A stretch of 64,000 nucleotides of DNA from Patescibacteria group bacterium. Lineage in GTDB: Bacteria > Patescibacteriota > Minisyncoccia > Phycocordibacterales > UBA2100. Below, one piece after another: positions 8,208 to 17,877 of this stretch (its first letter is position 1; the number at the start of each line of letters is the position of its first letter). Location: positions 100,406 through 164,405 of the forward strand of contig JBBTSD010000001.1 of NCBI GenBank assembly GCA_038064835.1. Reading direction: 5' to 3'. A program made the position numbers and the translations under genes. Below the pieces are notes generated by a model that saw nothing but the letters and a program-made list of their open reading frames with translations, did no database searches and was not told the DNA's origin.

Positions 8208-9221
8208 ATGGACAAGCAGCTCATCCATGGGGTTACCGTAAACCGACTGAGGCGGGTTTTTAACGGGTTTCCGTTCTCGATACCCGCATACTATGTATCC
8301 GTGGCGGCAAGGAATTTAGGTGCACGAAAGGAGCGGTGGGCGAGAGAACGAGTGGAGGGAAAGAAGTATCCAGAAATTTTAATATGGGACTCGCCAAATT
8401 TTGACGACCCTAGAGCAGGGCTTATTGCAAAAGTAGGTAGCTCGGGTGAACTCACAGAGCTCATTCAGAGCGAGCCGGCGAACGGCATGTTGCTGTGCGA
8501 TGGTAGGGTGCTCAGCGCTCAACATGATGCAATGCAATCCTATTCTTCCGATTTGCAGCAGTCACAAATATTTGCATCGTTTCCGGTGTGGAATGACTTG
8601 CACACTCTTCGGGAATCTCCCAAAGGTATTCTGGTCACATCTTCGGGCACCGACTCTATCACTGAAATCTCTCGAGACGGAAAACAGATTCTGTGGTTGT
8701 GGTGGGCAGGCGAACATGGGTACACAACCGATTCGTTCGGAAAGAAAAGGACTCTGGACAGACAATTAGATCATCGTCATTTCCTGTACAACACATGGCT
8801 TCGAACAACTCATGTGAATTCTGCCCAGCCACTTTCAGATGGGTCAGTACTCGCCTCCTTCTTTCATCAGGGAATCCTTGGATGTATCAACCGCGAGACT
8901 GGGACGGTGACCACAATCGTAGCTGATTTGAAACGGCCTCATGCTGCACGCATAAGCGATGGGAAGGTTTCTTTCGCTGATACAGGTAGGGGCATTGCTT
9001 ATCTCGGTACACTCAAGGGTGATAGGTTTGTGACCGAAAACTCTGTTCAGATTGAAACAAACTGGCTCCAAGACGCACAATTTGTAAACGGAATGTGGTT
9101 TTTAGCCGATGCGCAACATGCGCGGATATACTTTGCGAACAAGGGGGGAGAAGTACTCGCCTATGATCAGTTTGATCCGGAGTGGGACTTTTTTGAGGTC
9201 CTTCCATACAGAGAAGATTAA
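8208..9221 (+). CDS. Beta-propeller protein, arylsulfotransferase-like His motifs
   Basis: DLHT, THVNS, RPHAA motifs with propeller-like beta spacing; function uncertain. Confidence 0.55.
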   Translation: MDKQLIHGVTVNRLRRVFNGFPFSIPAYYVSVAARNLGARKERWARERVEGKKYPEILIWDSPNFDDPRAGLIAKVGSSGELTELIQSEPANGMLLCDGRVLSAQHDAMQSYSSDLQQSQIFASFPVWNDLHTLRESPKGILVTSSGTDSITEISRDGKQILWLWWAGEHGYTTDSFGKKRTLDRQLDHRHFLYNTWLRTTHVNSAQPLSDGSVLASFFHQGILGCINRETGTVTTIVADLKRPHAARISDGKVSFADTGRGIAYLGTLKGDRFVTENSVQIETNWLQDAQFVNGMWFLADAQHARIYFANKGGEVLAYDQFDPEWDFFEVLPYRED

Positions 9222-9278
9222 ATTGGCGAAGCCCTTACCCCGCCGCCTCTGGGGCGGGGTAAGGGCTTCGCCAATTTA
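9219..9278. terminator. Perfect 26-bp-arm inverted repeat
   Basis: TAAATTGGCGAAGCCCTTACCCCGCC-loop-GGCGGGGTAAGGGCTTCGCCAATTTA. Confidence 0.75.
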
Positions 9279-9309
9279 CTTAAAATAGGTATGCGGGTAA
9301 AATTGCAAC

Positions 9310-10770
9310 ATGAGCATGCGGTTTTTCCAAAGAATCCTTCTAAAAAAAGGTTGGCGTACTGATTGGATCTGGACGATGCGAATACTGTACCGACAGCCTT
9401 TTAGGCGGATACCATTTTATTTCGATACAAAAGCCCTTCTAAAAAGTCAGTATTGGCCTCGCGATGTATTGGAAACAATGACCTGGGCGCGTCTACAGAG
9501 TATGGTCTTGGCTACAGAACGGATTCCATTTTGGCGTACTGTGTTCACGCGAGTCGGCCTTGACCCACAGGATTTTTCCAAAAATGACTTTATAAAACTT
9601 CCGACGATGTCTCGGACAGATTTTAACGAGCAACCAATTGAACAAATCGCGAACATGACGCATATTAAAAAAAGTTCTGCAGACCGGACATCGGGTTCAA
9701 CAGGAAGACCGTTTCGTTTCTACTTTGACCGGGGTGCTTCCCTACGCTCCTTTGCAGTAACTGAGCGCATGTTGCAGACAGTTCTTGCAGGCACTCGGGT
9801 GCCGGTCATATCATTGCGCAGTAGGCCCAAGCTCGGGTTTTCTTTTTGGCGTCATTTTCTTTTTTTTGTAAGGAGTGGTACCGGTATTAAATATCGCATG
9901 AAAGAGTTTGAAAGATTTACAAAAAGACTTGGCGAGTCCTTCCTGCTCTATAGTTTCCCTTCATTTCTCATAGAATTTGCTGAGCAGGTTGAAAAGCTTT
10001 CCTTAAAATTCCCCATCAAAGTAGTGGTGGCAAGTGGCGAAAGTATACGCCCACAAGACAAGGAACGAGTTGAGTCAATTCTAGGTGCGCGCGTATGGAA
10101 TTGCTACTCTACTAGAGAGCTTGGTTTGGTTGCGTATGAATGCGAAGGAGGGAATATGCACAGTAACGAAGAATGGCTGTATTGTGAAATTCTCGACGAT
10201 CAAGGGAAAGAAGTACCGTTTGGGGAGATTGGGCGCATAATCGCGACAACACTAGACAATCGAGTCATGCCTCTGATTCGATACGATACGGGTGATCGCG
10301 GAACAATTTCGGATAAAGCTTGTCCCTGTGGACGCACGCTTCGCACCATCTCCTTCACAGGAAGAAGTGTAGAGTACATAAAATTGGATGGCGAGCGAGC
10401 GGTGCCTCTGCTCGAGGTTGCACCTTTGTTCGATGTGTTTTGGCGAGAGGTGAAACAGTATCAAATCATCCAGAAAACCAGGTCTTCATTTGTGGTGAAG
10501 GTTGTTCCGGGGTCGTCATTCGAATCAGTACAGGGTACTATTCAGGACAATTTCGTGCGAGCGTTGCATCCAAAAGTCACGATTGAATGGGAAGTTGTTG
10601 CGGAAATCCCTCCTGCACCAAGTGGCAAGGCACTGTATTTTATTGTGGCTAGTGAGGAGCAAAATGATAGGAAGCGAAGCGGACTTTCATTTTCTCCGAG
10701 CGACGACACAACGAAGGTCCATATCTCGCAGCCTCTGCAACAAGGACCTTCGTTTCCGATGTCTTCATAG
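9310..10770 (+). CDS. Phenylacetate-CoA-ligase/CapK-like adenylate-forming enzyme (copy 1)
   Basis: TSGSTG, YSTRE, MPLIRYDTGD motifs. Confidence 0.85.
   Translation: MSMRFFQRILLKKGWRTDWIWTMRILYRQPFRRIPFYFDTKALLKSQYWPRDVLETMTWARLQSMVLATERIPFWRTVFTRVGLDPQDFSKNDFIKLPTMSRTDFNEQPIEQIANMTHIKKSSADRTSGSTGRPFRFYFDRGASLRSFAVTERMLQTVLAGTRVPVISLRSRPKLGFSFWRHFLFFVRSGTGIKYRMKEFERFTKRLGESFLLYSFPSFLIEFAEQVEKLSLKFPIKVVVASGESIRPQDKERVESILGARVWNCYSTRELGLVAYECEGGNMHSNEEWLYCEILDDQGKEVPFGEIGRIIATTLDNRVMPLIRYDTGDRGTISDKACPCGRTLRTISFTGRSVEYIKLDGERAVPLLEVAPLFDVFWREVKQYQIIQKTRSSFVVKVVPGSSFESVQGTIQDNFVRALHPKVTIEWEVVAEIPPAPSGKALYFIVASEEQNDRKRSGLSFSPSDDTTKVHISQPLQQGPSFPMSS
10645..10709 (+). repeat. ~65-bp dispersed repeat, copy 1 (inside the 3' end of the CDS)
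   Basis: GGCTAGTGAGGAGCAAAATGATAGGAAGCGAAGCGGACTTTCATTTTCTCCGAGCGA matches 12121-12186. Confidence 0.85.
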
Positions 10771-10772
10771 AT

Positions 10773-12083
10773 ATGGGATTTCCTGTGATGCGATATGTGA
10801 GCGAGTGTGTTGCCTTCATGCGATTTCATATCCTACATCGTCGTTCACGCAAGGTGATTGAGAAATGGCAGACAGACAGGCTACGACGGTTACTCGTTCA
10901 TGCAGAAAAAAATGTACCACTATATAAAGAATTGATGGCGACACAAAACATCCGGGCTACGGACATCAGCACGCTTGAAAACCTCTCCTTTTTGCCAGTT
11001 ATCAACAAGAAAACATTTATTGGAAGGCAGGTTGTTGAATACACTGATGGCAGTCGACACCTTTCTGGTCAATGGGTAACAACATCAGGATCGAGCGGTG
11101 TTCCTTTTACAGCACTTCGACGAACCGAAGTACAAACACTGTGGTATGGGTACTCCCTCAACTCTCGGTTCCTGACATGGGAAATGCCGTGGCGTCTGAA
11201 TGCTGACTGGGCACGAGTGGCGCATATTCGTGTGCGCCCACGGGAACGAAAGAATCATTTATGGATTCCACTAGGCGCATTTTTGAACAATCCAAGGTCT
11301 TTATTACAGCAGATTGTCGATTTCAAACCCGATGTGGTTGAAAGTTTCGCATCAGTACTATATGTGTTAGCTCGCGAGGTTGATCGTTATGGAATTGTCT
11401 GGAAGCCGCGCTATGTGGTTTCAGGCGGAGAGCAATTGTCGCCGGCAGGGCGTCTTTTTATTGAAAACACACTGGGGTGCGAAGTGTACAACCGTTATGG
11501 TCTTGAAGAATTAGGCACAGTGGGCGTTGAATGCATGCAACATGACGGACTCCACATAAACTCCGAGTCGTTGATTGTTGAGATTGTTGACGAGAGTGGC
11601 GCAAGTGTGCCCGAAACAAATCACGGAAGAGTTATCATAACCGACTTGTTCAATACCAGCATGCCTTTTGTGCGCTACGACACAGGTGATCGAGGGCATA
11701 TGTCCTGGGCGCGTTGCGCGTGCGGATTGCGTGCACCCCGGTTGTGGATTGAAGGTCGTTACTCGACTTTTCTACAATTAGGAGATCAAACTTTTCATCA
11801 TTTCTATTTCTCATACACCCTGAAGCCATTCAAGAATCAAATTCTTCAATACCAAGTAGTAAAGCGTGCTGAAAATGACCTGCTTATCCGCATTATCCCG
11901 GGGTCTGCTTTTGGGGACGAAACAACAGTGGCTATTCAAAAAGAAATTGCCAATCTGGTTAAAGAGACAGCTTCGGTTCGTGTCGAGTGTGTTGCAGAAA
12001 TAAAACGAATGCCCCGGGGGAAATCTCAGGTTATCGTTGACGAAACGGCTGGCACTCAAAAACCAGATATTCTCAAACAATAA
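10773..12083 (+). CDS. Phenylacetate-CoA-ligase/CapK-like adenylate-forming enzyme (copy 2)
   Basis: TSGSSG, YGLEE, MPFVRYDTGD motifs. Confidence 0.85.
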   Translation: MGFPVMRYVSECVAFMRFHILHRRSRKVIEKWQTDRLRRLLVHAEKNVPLYKELMATQNIRATDISTLENLSFLPVINKKTFIGRQVVEYTDGSRHLSGQWVTTSGSSGVPFTALRRTEVQTLWYGYSLNSRFLTWEMPWRLNADWARVAHIRVRPRERKNHLWIPLGAFLNNPRSLLQQIVDFKPDVVESFASVLYVLAREVDRYGIVWKPRYVVSGGEQLSPAGRLFIENTLGCEVYNRYGLEELGTVGVECMQHDGLHINSESLIVEIVDESGASVPETNHGRVIITDLFNTSMPFVRYDTGDRGHMSWARCACGLRAPRLWIEGRYSTFLQLGDQTFHHFYFSYTLKPFKNQILQYQVVKRAENDLLIRIIPGSAFGDETTVAIQKEIANLVKETASVRVECVAEIKRMPRGKSQVIVDETAGTQKPDILKQ

Positions 12084-12095
12084 GTGAGCTTCACC

Positions 12096-12186
12096 ATTGA
12101 GAAGGTCTGACCTTCTCAATGCGGCTAGCGAGGAGCGAAGTGATAGGAAGCGAAGCGGACTTTCACTTCGTCCGAGCGAAGACGCA
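12096..12186 (+). repeat. Palindrome ATTGAGAAGGTC-T-GACCTTCTCAAT followed by ~65-bp repeat copy 2
   Basis: Direct comparison with 10645-10709. Confidence 0.85.
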
Positions 12187-12240
12187 CTACAGGGTAGAAT
12201 ACCCTTTATTTTGACAGAAAGAGTCTCGCCATACAAAAAC

Positions 12241-12268
12241 TTGCAAAGTCGTCTTCTTTCTGTATACT
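12241..12268 (+). promoter_or_regulatory. Sigma70-like promoter of the rplC block
   Basis: TTGCAA-16 bp-TATACT upstream of a ~140-nt leader. Confidence 0.55.
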
Positions 12269-12411
12269 GCCCCACACATCCCTTCCCAGAAGGAATGTCC
12301 AAGTCCCTCATATGCATGGAGTAGCGAGAGGGACCAATGGTCGACATGGGTAACCATGCGCGCCATTGGCGCGCTGTTTTTCTAAACAAACAAAACCAAA
12401 AGACAAACACT

Positions 12412-13020
12412 ATGAAATTCCTTATGGGTACAAAAGGGCGAATGACCCAAGTTTTTGACGAAACCGGCAAGGTCCATGCGGGTACTGCTGTCGTATGCGA
12501 GAGTATGACTGCCGTACAGCTCAAGACAAAAGAGAAAGATGGGTATGATGCAGTGCAATATGGTTTCGGTTCGGCGCGGGTAGACCTGCAAAACAAGGCG
12601 GCAGCTGGTCACCTCAAGGACCTGCCTGCTTTGCGTTTCTTGCGAGAAGCCCATGGTGCAACTGGTGTCGCCCGAGGTGATGTTGCCGGTGTTACACTCT
12701 TTACTCCCGGTGACATTATCGAGGTAAGCGCCCTTTCAAAGGCAAAAGGATTTCAGGGGGTGGTCAAGCGCTATCGCTTTGCCGGAGATCTTGCGACACA
12801 TGGTCGTAAGCACACCGAACGAGCACCAGGTTCAATCGGTGGTGGCGGACGAGCTGGTGGTCGCGTGATCAAAGGCAAACGAATGGCGGGGCGCATGGGA
12901 GGAGACCGTGTGACAGTGAAAAACCTGCGCATTCTTGCTGTCGATTCAAAAACCAACACCATCATCATCTCAGGAGCTGTTCCAGGTCATCCTGGAGCGC
13001 TTGTCGAGATCCGTGGCTAA
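12412..13020 (+). CDS. rplC: 50S ribosomal protein L3
   Basis: KGRMTQVF, KAKGFQGVVKR, KRMAGRMG. Confidence 0.97.
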   Translation: MKFLMGTKGRMTQVFDETGKVHAGTAVVCESMTAVQLKTKEKDGYDAVQYGFGSARVDLQNKAAAGHLKDLPALRFLREAHGATGVARGDVAGVTLFTPGDIIEVSALSKAKGFQGVVKRYRFAGDLATHGRKHTERAPGSIGGGGRAGGRVIKGKRMAGRMGGDRVTVKNLRILAVDSKTNTIIISGAVPGHPGALVEIRG

Positions 13021-13023
13021 TCA

Positions 13024-13770
13024 ATGAGTATGGAAAAAACAGCTACAAAAAAGAAGAAAGCAACTCGTGTTCGCAAGACCGCTCCCGCACCACAAGGAGA
13101 CTTTGCGCGTGACATTTATTCTGCAACAGGGAAGAAGCAGGGTTCGTACACATTGCCTACCGAAGTATTTGGACTCCCTTGGAATGAATCGCTGGTGTAC
13201 CAGGTGACACAAGCAGCACAAGCAAATGCGCGTACTCCCGTTGCTCATACCAAGACACGCGGCGAAGTGCGCGGTGGTGGCAAGAAGCCGTGGAAGCAAA
13301 AAGGTACAGGGCGTGCTCGTCACGGCTCGACTCGATCACCTATTTGGGTGGGTGGTGGAGTTGCTCATGGGCCGCGCAACGATAAGGACTATTCGCAGAA
13401 GGTCAATAAAAAGATGCGTGCAAAAGCCCTCAATGTCGTGCTTTCACGCAAGGCAAAAGACGGTGCCATTCTCTTGGTGGACGATCTGGGTATCACACAG
13501 CCAAAGACCAAGGATGCGCACAAGGTCATGGCTGCTCTTTCAAAGATCGAAGGGTTCACCACGATGCTTTCCAAAAAGAAGAACAGCTCCTTGGTGGTAC
13601 TTCCCGAGAAAAATTCGCCGATCTCAAAGAGTTTTGCGAACTTTGGAAACATATTCACGCTCGAAGCTCGTGAGCTCAATGCCACACTCGCGCTTACCTA
13701 TGCACACATTGTGTTCATCAATCCCGAGCAATCAATCCCGGTTATTACCCAACGAACTGCGCGCACATAA
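13024..13770 (+). CDS. rplD: 50S ribosomal protein L4
   Basis: HTKTRGEVRGGGKKPWKQKGTGRARHGS. Confidence 0.97.
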   Translation: MSMEKTATKKKKATRVRKTAPAPQGDFARDIYSATGKKQGSYTLPTEVFGLPWNESLVYQVTQAAQANARTPVAHTKTRGEVRGGGKKPWKQKGTGRARHGSTRSPIWVGGGVAHGPRNDKDYSQKVNKKMRAKALNVVLSRKAKDGAILLVDDLGITQPKTKDAHKVMAALSKIEGFTTMLSKKKNSSLVVLPEKNSPISKSFANFGNIFTLEARELNATLALTYAHIVFINPEQSIPVITQRTART

Positions 13771-13775
13771 CTTAT

Positions 13776-14135
13776 ATGGCTCTCTTTAAGACAAAGAAAA
13801 CTGCAGTGGGGAAGACTGAAGCTAAGCCCGTGTCTGCAGGTGCATCTGGCCCGGTTGATCTGTCGTGGGTATTGAAAGCGCCGCGCATCACAGAACGAGC
13901 AACTGATGTGATGCGTGTGCGTGCGTATGTGTTCAATGTTTCTCGTAAGGCAAACAAGCGACAGATTGCACAAGCAGTGCAACTTGTCTACAAAGTAACT
14001 CCTGTCAAAGTACGCACCGTACCGCTTCGTTCCAAAGTCCGTAAGAATGCGCGTACAGGCATTGTGGGACACACTGCCGTGGGCAAGAAAGCTTATGTCT
14101 ACCTGAAAGAAGGAGATACTATCACGCTCGCCTAG
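13776..14135 (+). CDS. rplW: 50S ribosomal protein L23
   Basis: PRITERA, ANKRQIAQAV, KKAYVYL; operon position. Confidence 0.93.
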   Translation: MALFKTKKTAVGKTEAKPVSAGASGPVDLSWVLKAPRITERATDVMRVRAYVFNVSRKANKRQIAQAVQLVYKVTPVKVRTVPLRSKVRKNARTGIVGHTAVGKKAYVYLKEGDTITLA

Positions 14136-14150
14136 TTCTCATTTACGAAT

Positions 14151-14999
14151 ATGAAACATTTCAAACCATATACACAGAGTCGTCGAAACATGACACGCGT
14201 ATCATACGAGAAAGTTGTGACTACCGACACACCAACAAAAGCGCTTACTCACGGTTTTCGTCGCGGAAGCGGACGCAATAACCAAGGGCGTATCACCACG
14301 CGTCACAAGGGAGGTGGTGTGAAGCGTCGTCTGCGCGATGTGGATTTTCATTTCAACAAGCGCGGTATTCCCGCAAAGATTGTGTCGGTGGAATATGATC
14401 CAAATCGTTCTGCATACATTGGACTCATTGCGTATCTTGATGGCGAGCGTCGTTATATTGTGTTGCCACAAGGAGTGACTGCAGGTACGCACATTTTAAT
14501 TGCCGAAGATGCTCCTGCATCACCAGGTAATCGCCTCATGCTTAAAAATGTTCCTATCGGCACACTGATTTACAATGTTGAACTCAAACCCAACGGTGGT
14601 GCCAAGATTGCTCGCTCTGCAGGAAATTTTGTAGAACTCATTGCCCAAGATGCAGGGTGGTCACATCTCAAAATGCCGTCAAGCGAAGTGCGCAAAGTGC
14701 TCGACACCTGCTGGGCTTCGATTGGCGCCGCATCAAACGATGAACACAATTTGGTTAATCTTGGAAAGGCAGGGCGTTCGCGAAAAATGGGTATCCGCCC
14801 AACCGTGCGTGGCACCGCAATGAACCCGGTTGATCACCCTCATGGTGGTGGAGAAGGCCGTTCAGGTCGTGGTCATCGTCGCGCGCGTTCACTGTGGGGT
14901 CGCCCAACAGGCAAGGGACAAAAGAGCCGTCGTCCAAAGAAATACTCAAATACCTTCGTACTCTCTCGCCGCCGTGTGGGCAAGAAGCGAACTCCGTAA
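14151..14999 (+). CDS. rplB: 50S ribosomal protein L2
   Basis: GRNNQGRITTRHKGGG, MNPVDHPHGGGEG. Confidence 0.98.
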   Translation: MKHFKPYTQSRRNMTRVSYEKVVTTDTPTKALTHGFRRGSGRNNQGRITTRHKGGGVKRRLRDVDFHFNKRGIPAKIVSVEYDPNRSAYIGLIAYLDGERRYIVLPQGVTAGTHILIAEDAPASPGNRLMLKNVPIGTLIYNVELKPNGGAKIARSAGNFVELIAQDAGWSHLKMPSSEVRKVLDTCWASIGAASNDEHNLVNLGKAGRSRKMGIRPTVRGTAMNPVDHPHGGGEGRSGRGHRRARSLWGRPTGKGQKSRRPKKYSNTFVLSRRRVGKKRTP

Positions 15000-15115
15000 G
15001 CGCGGTGACCACCTCGGTCTAGGTCGACTTGACTTTTGGTCCAAATGTGATATCATGCCGTCCAGGCGTGTTTTTGCCTGCAAAACTAGACGATAGACGA
15101 AAAAAGGGATGGAGC

Positions 15116-16126
15116 ATGACGCGAATCCTCGTATTGGCAGTGCTTGCACTGCTTTTTGCCACCCCCGCCATGGCCGCTGACACGGTGACATTGACCTGTG
15201 AAAGGGTCCTGGGCTGGTTCTCGTGGATGGGCTTCCTCAAGACTCTCGGCGTCACGGCGCTCACGGTCGGCATCGGCGGCCTCTTCTGGCACTGGCTCGT
15301 TCCAATCGTTACTGCGCTCTGGAAGGTGCTCGAGAAGGTCATCGATATCGCGGCACTCCTCGCGAGCGCCGCACTGATTGCGAGTGGCCACATCACTCCC
15401 GATGCCTACAAGCTCTGGCCGGTCTTGGGCGGGTCTATCGCATTCGGCGCGAGCACCCTGCTCTTCATCGTCCTGCGTAATATCAAGGGCACCAATCCTG
15501 CAGGCCTCTACGCTTTCCTGGCACTCGTCTGGGGTGGCGTCGCGGTGTTCTACGGCATGAGCGAAGTCGGCTTTCTGACGATGGCGGCTGTCATGGGCGT
15601 CCTCGGCTATACCGTCGTCGTCTCGCCGTTCTGCTACGGCTTCGGCTTCAAAGATGACGACCAGATTGCGACTGGAAGCTCGGCTGCGCTCCTGATCCTC
15701 TCAGCTTACACGGTGCAACATATCTTCTTCCCTGGCGCTCCTGCTTGGGTAAAGGTCTTTGCACCAGGCGCGTTCTGGCTTGGGTCGCTGGTGTCGTTCA
15801 CCGGCATTCTAATCATGTCGAATGTCTGGTACGGACGGGGAGCGGAGCGCTCGAACTACGGCCTCATGCAAGCGGTTGCCCTCGTCATCTATCTGGGCGG
15901 CGTCTTCGCCGGCATGACCTTCGGCATCAATCCGCTCGCGGGCATGGCCGGCTTCTTCTTCGTCTTCTGGGTCGCGGCCAAGTTCATCGAGATCCCGACG
16001 GAGAAGTGGACCGGCTTCTACCTCAAGCTGACTCTGATGGGGGCGTTCCTCTCTGGCGTGTGGTGGATTGGCCACCAGAACGAAGCCCACATCATCAAAT
16101 ACCTCACGACGACGCTCCCGATATGA
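15116..16126 (+). CDS. Multi-pass membrane protein inserted in the ribosomal operon (GC3-rich)
   Basis: Signal-like AMA-ADT N-terminus, about 10 hydrophobic helices, GGAG RBS, upstream TTGACT-16-TATCAT promoter at 15029-15056. Confidence 0.8.
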   Translation: MTRILVLAVLALLFATPAMAADTVTLTCERVLGWFSWMGFLKTLGVTALTVGIGGLFWHWLVPIVTALWKVLEKVIDIAALLASAALIASGHITPDAYKLWPVLGGSIAFGASTLLFIVLRNIKGTNPAGLYAFLALVWGGVAVFYGMSEVGFLTMAAVMGVLGYTVVVSPFCYGFGFKDDDQIATGSSAALLILSAYTVQHIFFPGAPAWVKVFAPGAFWLGSLVSFTGILIMSNVWYGRGAERSNYGLMQAVALVIYLGGVFAGMTFGINPLAGMAGFFFVFWVAAKFIEIPTEKWTGFYLKLTLMGAFLSGVWWIGHQNEAHIIKYLTTTLPI

Positions 16127-16145
16127 GCGTGCACTGAGGTAGAAC

Positions 16146-16174
16146 AAGGGCCCCGGGATCATTCCCGGGGCCTT
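16146..16174. terminator. Hairpin between convergent inserted genes
   Basis: GGCCCCGGGA-TCAT-TCCCGGGGCC. Confidence 0.7.
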
Positions 16175-16180
16175 CTCATG

Positions 16181-16558
16181 TTAGGTACTCATCTTTGTTT
16201 TCGGTTTCGTTGGGTAGATGAGCCATGCATCCTCTCCGGTCTCCAAGTAGATACACTGTTCACCGAGGATAAACGCTACCTGGGCAAGGAATTTTTCCAA
16301 AACCGGTATTTTTTCCTTCCCGTTGAATGCCACGCTGTACAGGCGGTGTTCCCCGTAGAACATCTCTTGGTCGGCACCTGTCCAATAGCCAAAAATGTTG
16401 CCGGCGGTTACCGTAAATCCGCCGAATTGAGCGATCAAAAAATGCTGGATCGCATCCTCTGCGGTTTGCCGTTTTGTTTCATCCCACCAACTTTTGAGTT
16501 TGAGGGAAGGGAGCAGGAAGACAGCCGGTCTTCCCAGACTCACGCGCTCATATTTCAT
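16181..16558 (-). CDS. Hypothetical protein (small alpha/beta)
   Basis: 125-aa ORF overlapping the upstream gene end; FGGFT..GYW motif. Confidence 0.65.
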   Translation of the reverse strand: MKYERVSLGRPAVFLLPSLKLKSWWDETKRQTAEDAIQHFLIAQFGGFTVTAGNIFGYWTGADQEMFYGEHRLYSVAFNGKEKIPVLEKFLAQVAFILGEQCIYLETGEDAWLIYPTKPKTKMST

Positions 16559-17009
16559 TGGCGGCCCTCGTTTTTGTCATGAGTTCCAGAAGGACCTTTG
16601 CTTCCACATCAAACAAGTGGAGACGCTCCTCACAGTACCGGCGCACATCCTCTATGTACAAGCCGTTCCAGGGCGAACCTATGCTAGATATGTCCACAAC
16701 GAGCGGACCACCCAGGCTTGCGACTGGGTACATATCGAGCGCAAGTGCCGGATGATCTGGTGTGTGCATGCGATAGAGCCATGAATGCTCTTGGCCAATG
16801 CGGCCGAAGTAACCGGTTGCCACGCGCCATTCTGAAAATGTCTCCGGCCACCTTTGTTTCATGTAGCGTACAATACCGTGACATGACCAGAGGCCTTCCG
16901 GTTGTATGCCTAGTGGCGCCGGTGGAAGTCTGCCCAATTGCAAGCGCACACTGGCTACCATCTCGCGGAGTCCTTTCGGTGCCCCATAGAATTCAAGGGC
17001 TGTTTTCAT
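16548..17009 (-). CDS. Hypothetical protein
   Basis: AGGAGG RBS before ATG at 17009; WSCHG and EHSWL Cys/His motifs. Confidence 0.65.
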   Translation of the reverse strand: MKTALEFYGAPKGLREMVASVRLQLGRLPPAPLGIQPEGLWSCHGIVRYMKQRWPETFSEWRVATGYFGRIGQEHSWLYRMHTPDHPALALDMYPVASLGGPLVVDISSIGSPWNGLYIEDVRRYCEERLHLFDVEAKVLLELMTKTRAANEI

Positions 17010-17051
17010 GGTGTTCCTCCTGCTGTACTCACGCGATAGTAGGCGCATTGT

Positions 17052-17080
17052 TTGACAATTGCAAGGATTACGCCTATTAT
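17052..17080 (+). promoter_or_regulatory. Sigma70 promoter for rpsS onward
   Basis: TTGACA-17 bp-TATTAT. Confidence 0.75.
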
Positions 17081-17108
17081 TCCGTTCACGCCGTCTGGCG
17101 CTGTTTTT

Positions 17109-17447
17109 ATGGCAAGATCAGTAAAAAAGGGTCCCTTTGTGGACGCAAAACTCGCAAAGAAAGTAGCGGCGCGTAAGCCCGGTGCTGGCTCTATAAAGAC
17201 CTGGGCACGACGCAGCCAGATTCCACCCGAGTTTGTCGGCTATACTTTTGGCGTACATAATGGCAAATTGCATGTCGATGTGCTCGTCACCGAAGAAATG
17301 GTAGGTCATCGTCTTGGCGAATTTTCTCCGACCACTCGGTTCGGTCGTCATGGAGGCAAGATGCAAAAGGAGATCGAAACACAAAAGAAAGAGGCTGAAA
17401 TCGCTGCAGCAAAGTCCGCTAAGGCCGCCACCACCGAGAAGAAGTAA
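17109..17447 (+). CDS. rpsS: 30S ribosomal protein S19
   Basis: [24 protein letters not shown]. Confidence 0.97.
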   Translation: MARSVKKGPFVDAKLAKKVAARKPGAGSIKTWARRSQIPPEFVGYTFGVHNGKLHVDVLVTEEMVGHRLGEFSPTTRFGRHGGKMQKEIETQKKEAEIAAAKSAKAATTEKK

Positions 17448-17452
17448 TTTCT

Positions 17453-17866
17453 ATGAAAGCGACACTTTCCAATTTCCAGCAATCGCCTCGCAAGGTCCGT
17501 CTTGTGGCAGATTTGGTGCGCGGAAAGGAGCTCCCTCGTGCACGCACATTGCTCGCTTTTGCCGAGAAGAAGTCTGCTGAGGCACTTCTGAAGCTCCTCG
17601 ATTCTGCAGTTTCAAACGCACGCACAGGCGGTGTTTCTGCCGAAGGCCTTTTTGTGAAAGACATCTGCGTGAACCAAGGGATTTCCATGAAGCGCTTTAT
17701 GCCGATGGCTCGTGGCCGCGCCAATCCATATCGCCACCGTCGTAGCACCGTCGTTCTGACACTGGGCACGAAGGCTGTTTCCAAAGACAAGAGTCAAGAA
17801 AAGCCAGTACAAATAGTTGCCCCAAAAAAAGCCAAAAAGACTAGTGCTAAGCGCGCCACAAAATAG
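17453..17866 (+). CDS. rplV: 50S ribosomal protein L22
   Basis: SPRKVRLVADLVRG, PMARGRA. Confidence 0.96.
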   Translation: MKATLSNFQQSPRKVRLVADLVRGKELPRARTLLAFAEKKSAEALLKLLDSAVSNARTGGVSAEGLFVKDICVNQGISMKRFMPMARGRANPYRHRRSTVVLTLGTKAVSKDKSQEKPVQIVAPKKAKKTSAKRATK

Positions 17867-17877
17867 GTAATAATAAT

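Noticed and set aside
12097-12411. 75-aa ORF and N-terminal extension of rplC; possible rpsJ
   Set aside because: No S10 similarity; the region consists of the repeat element, promoter and leader.
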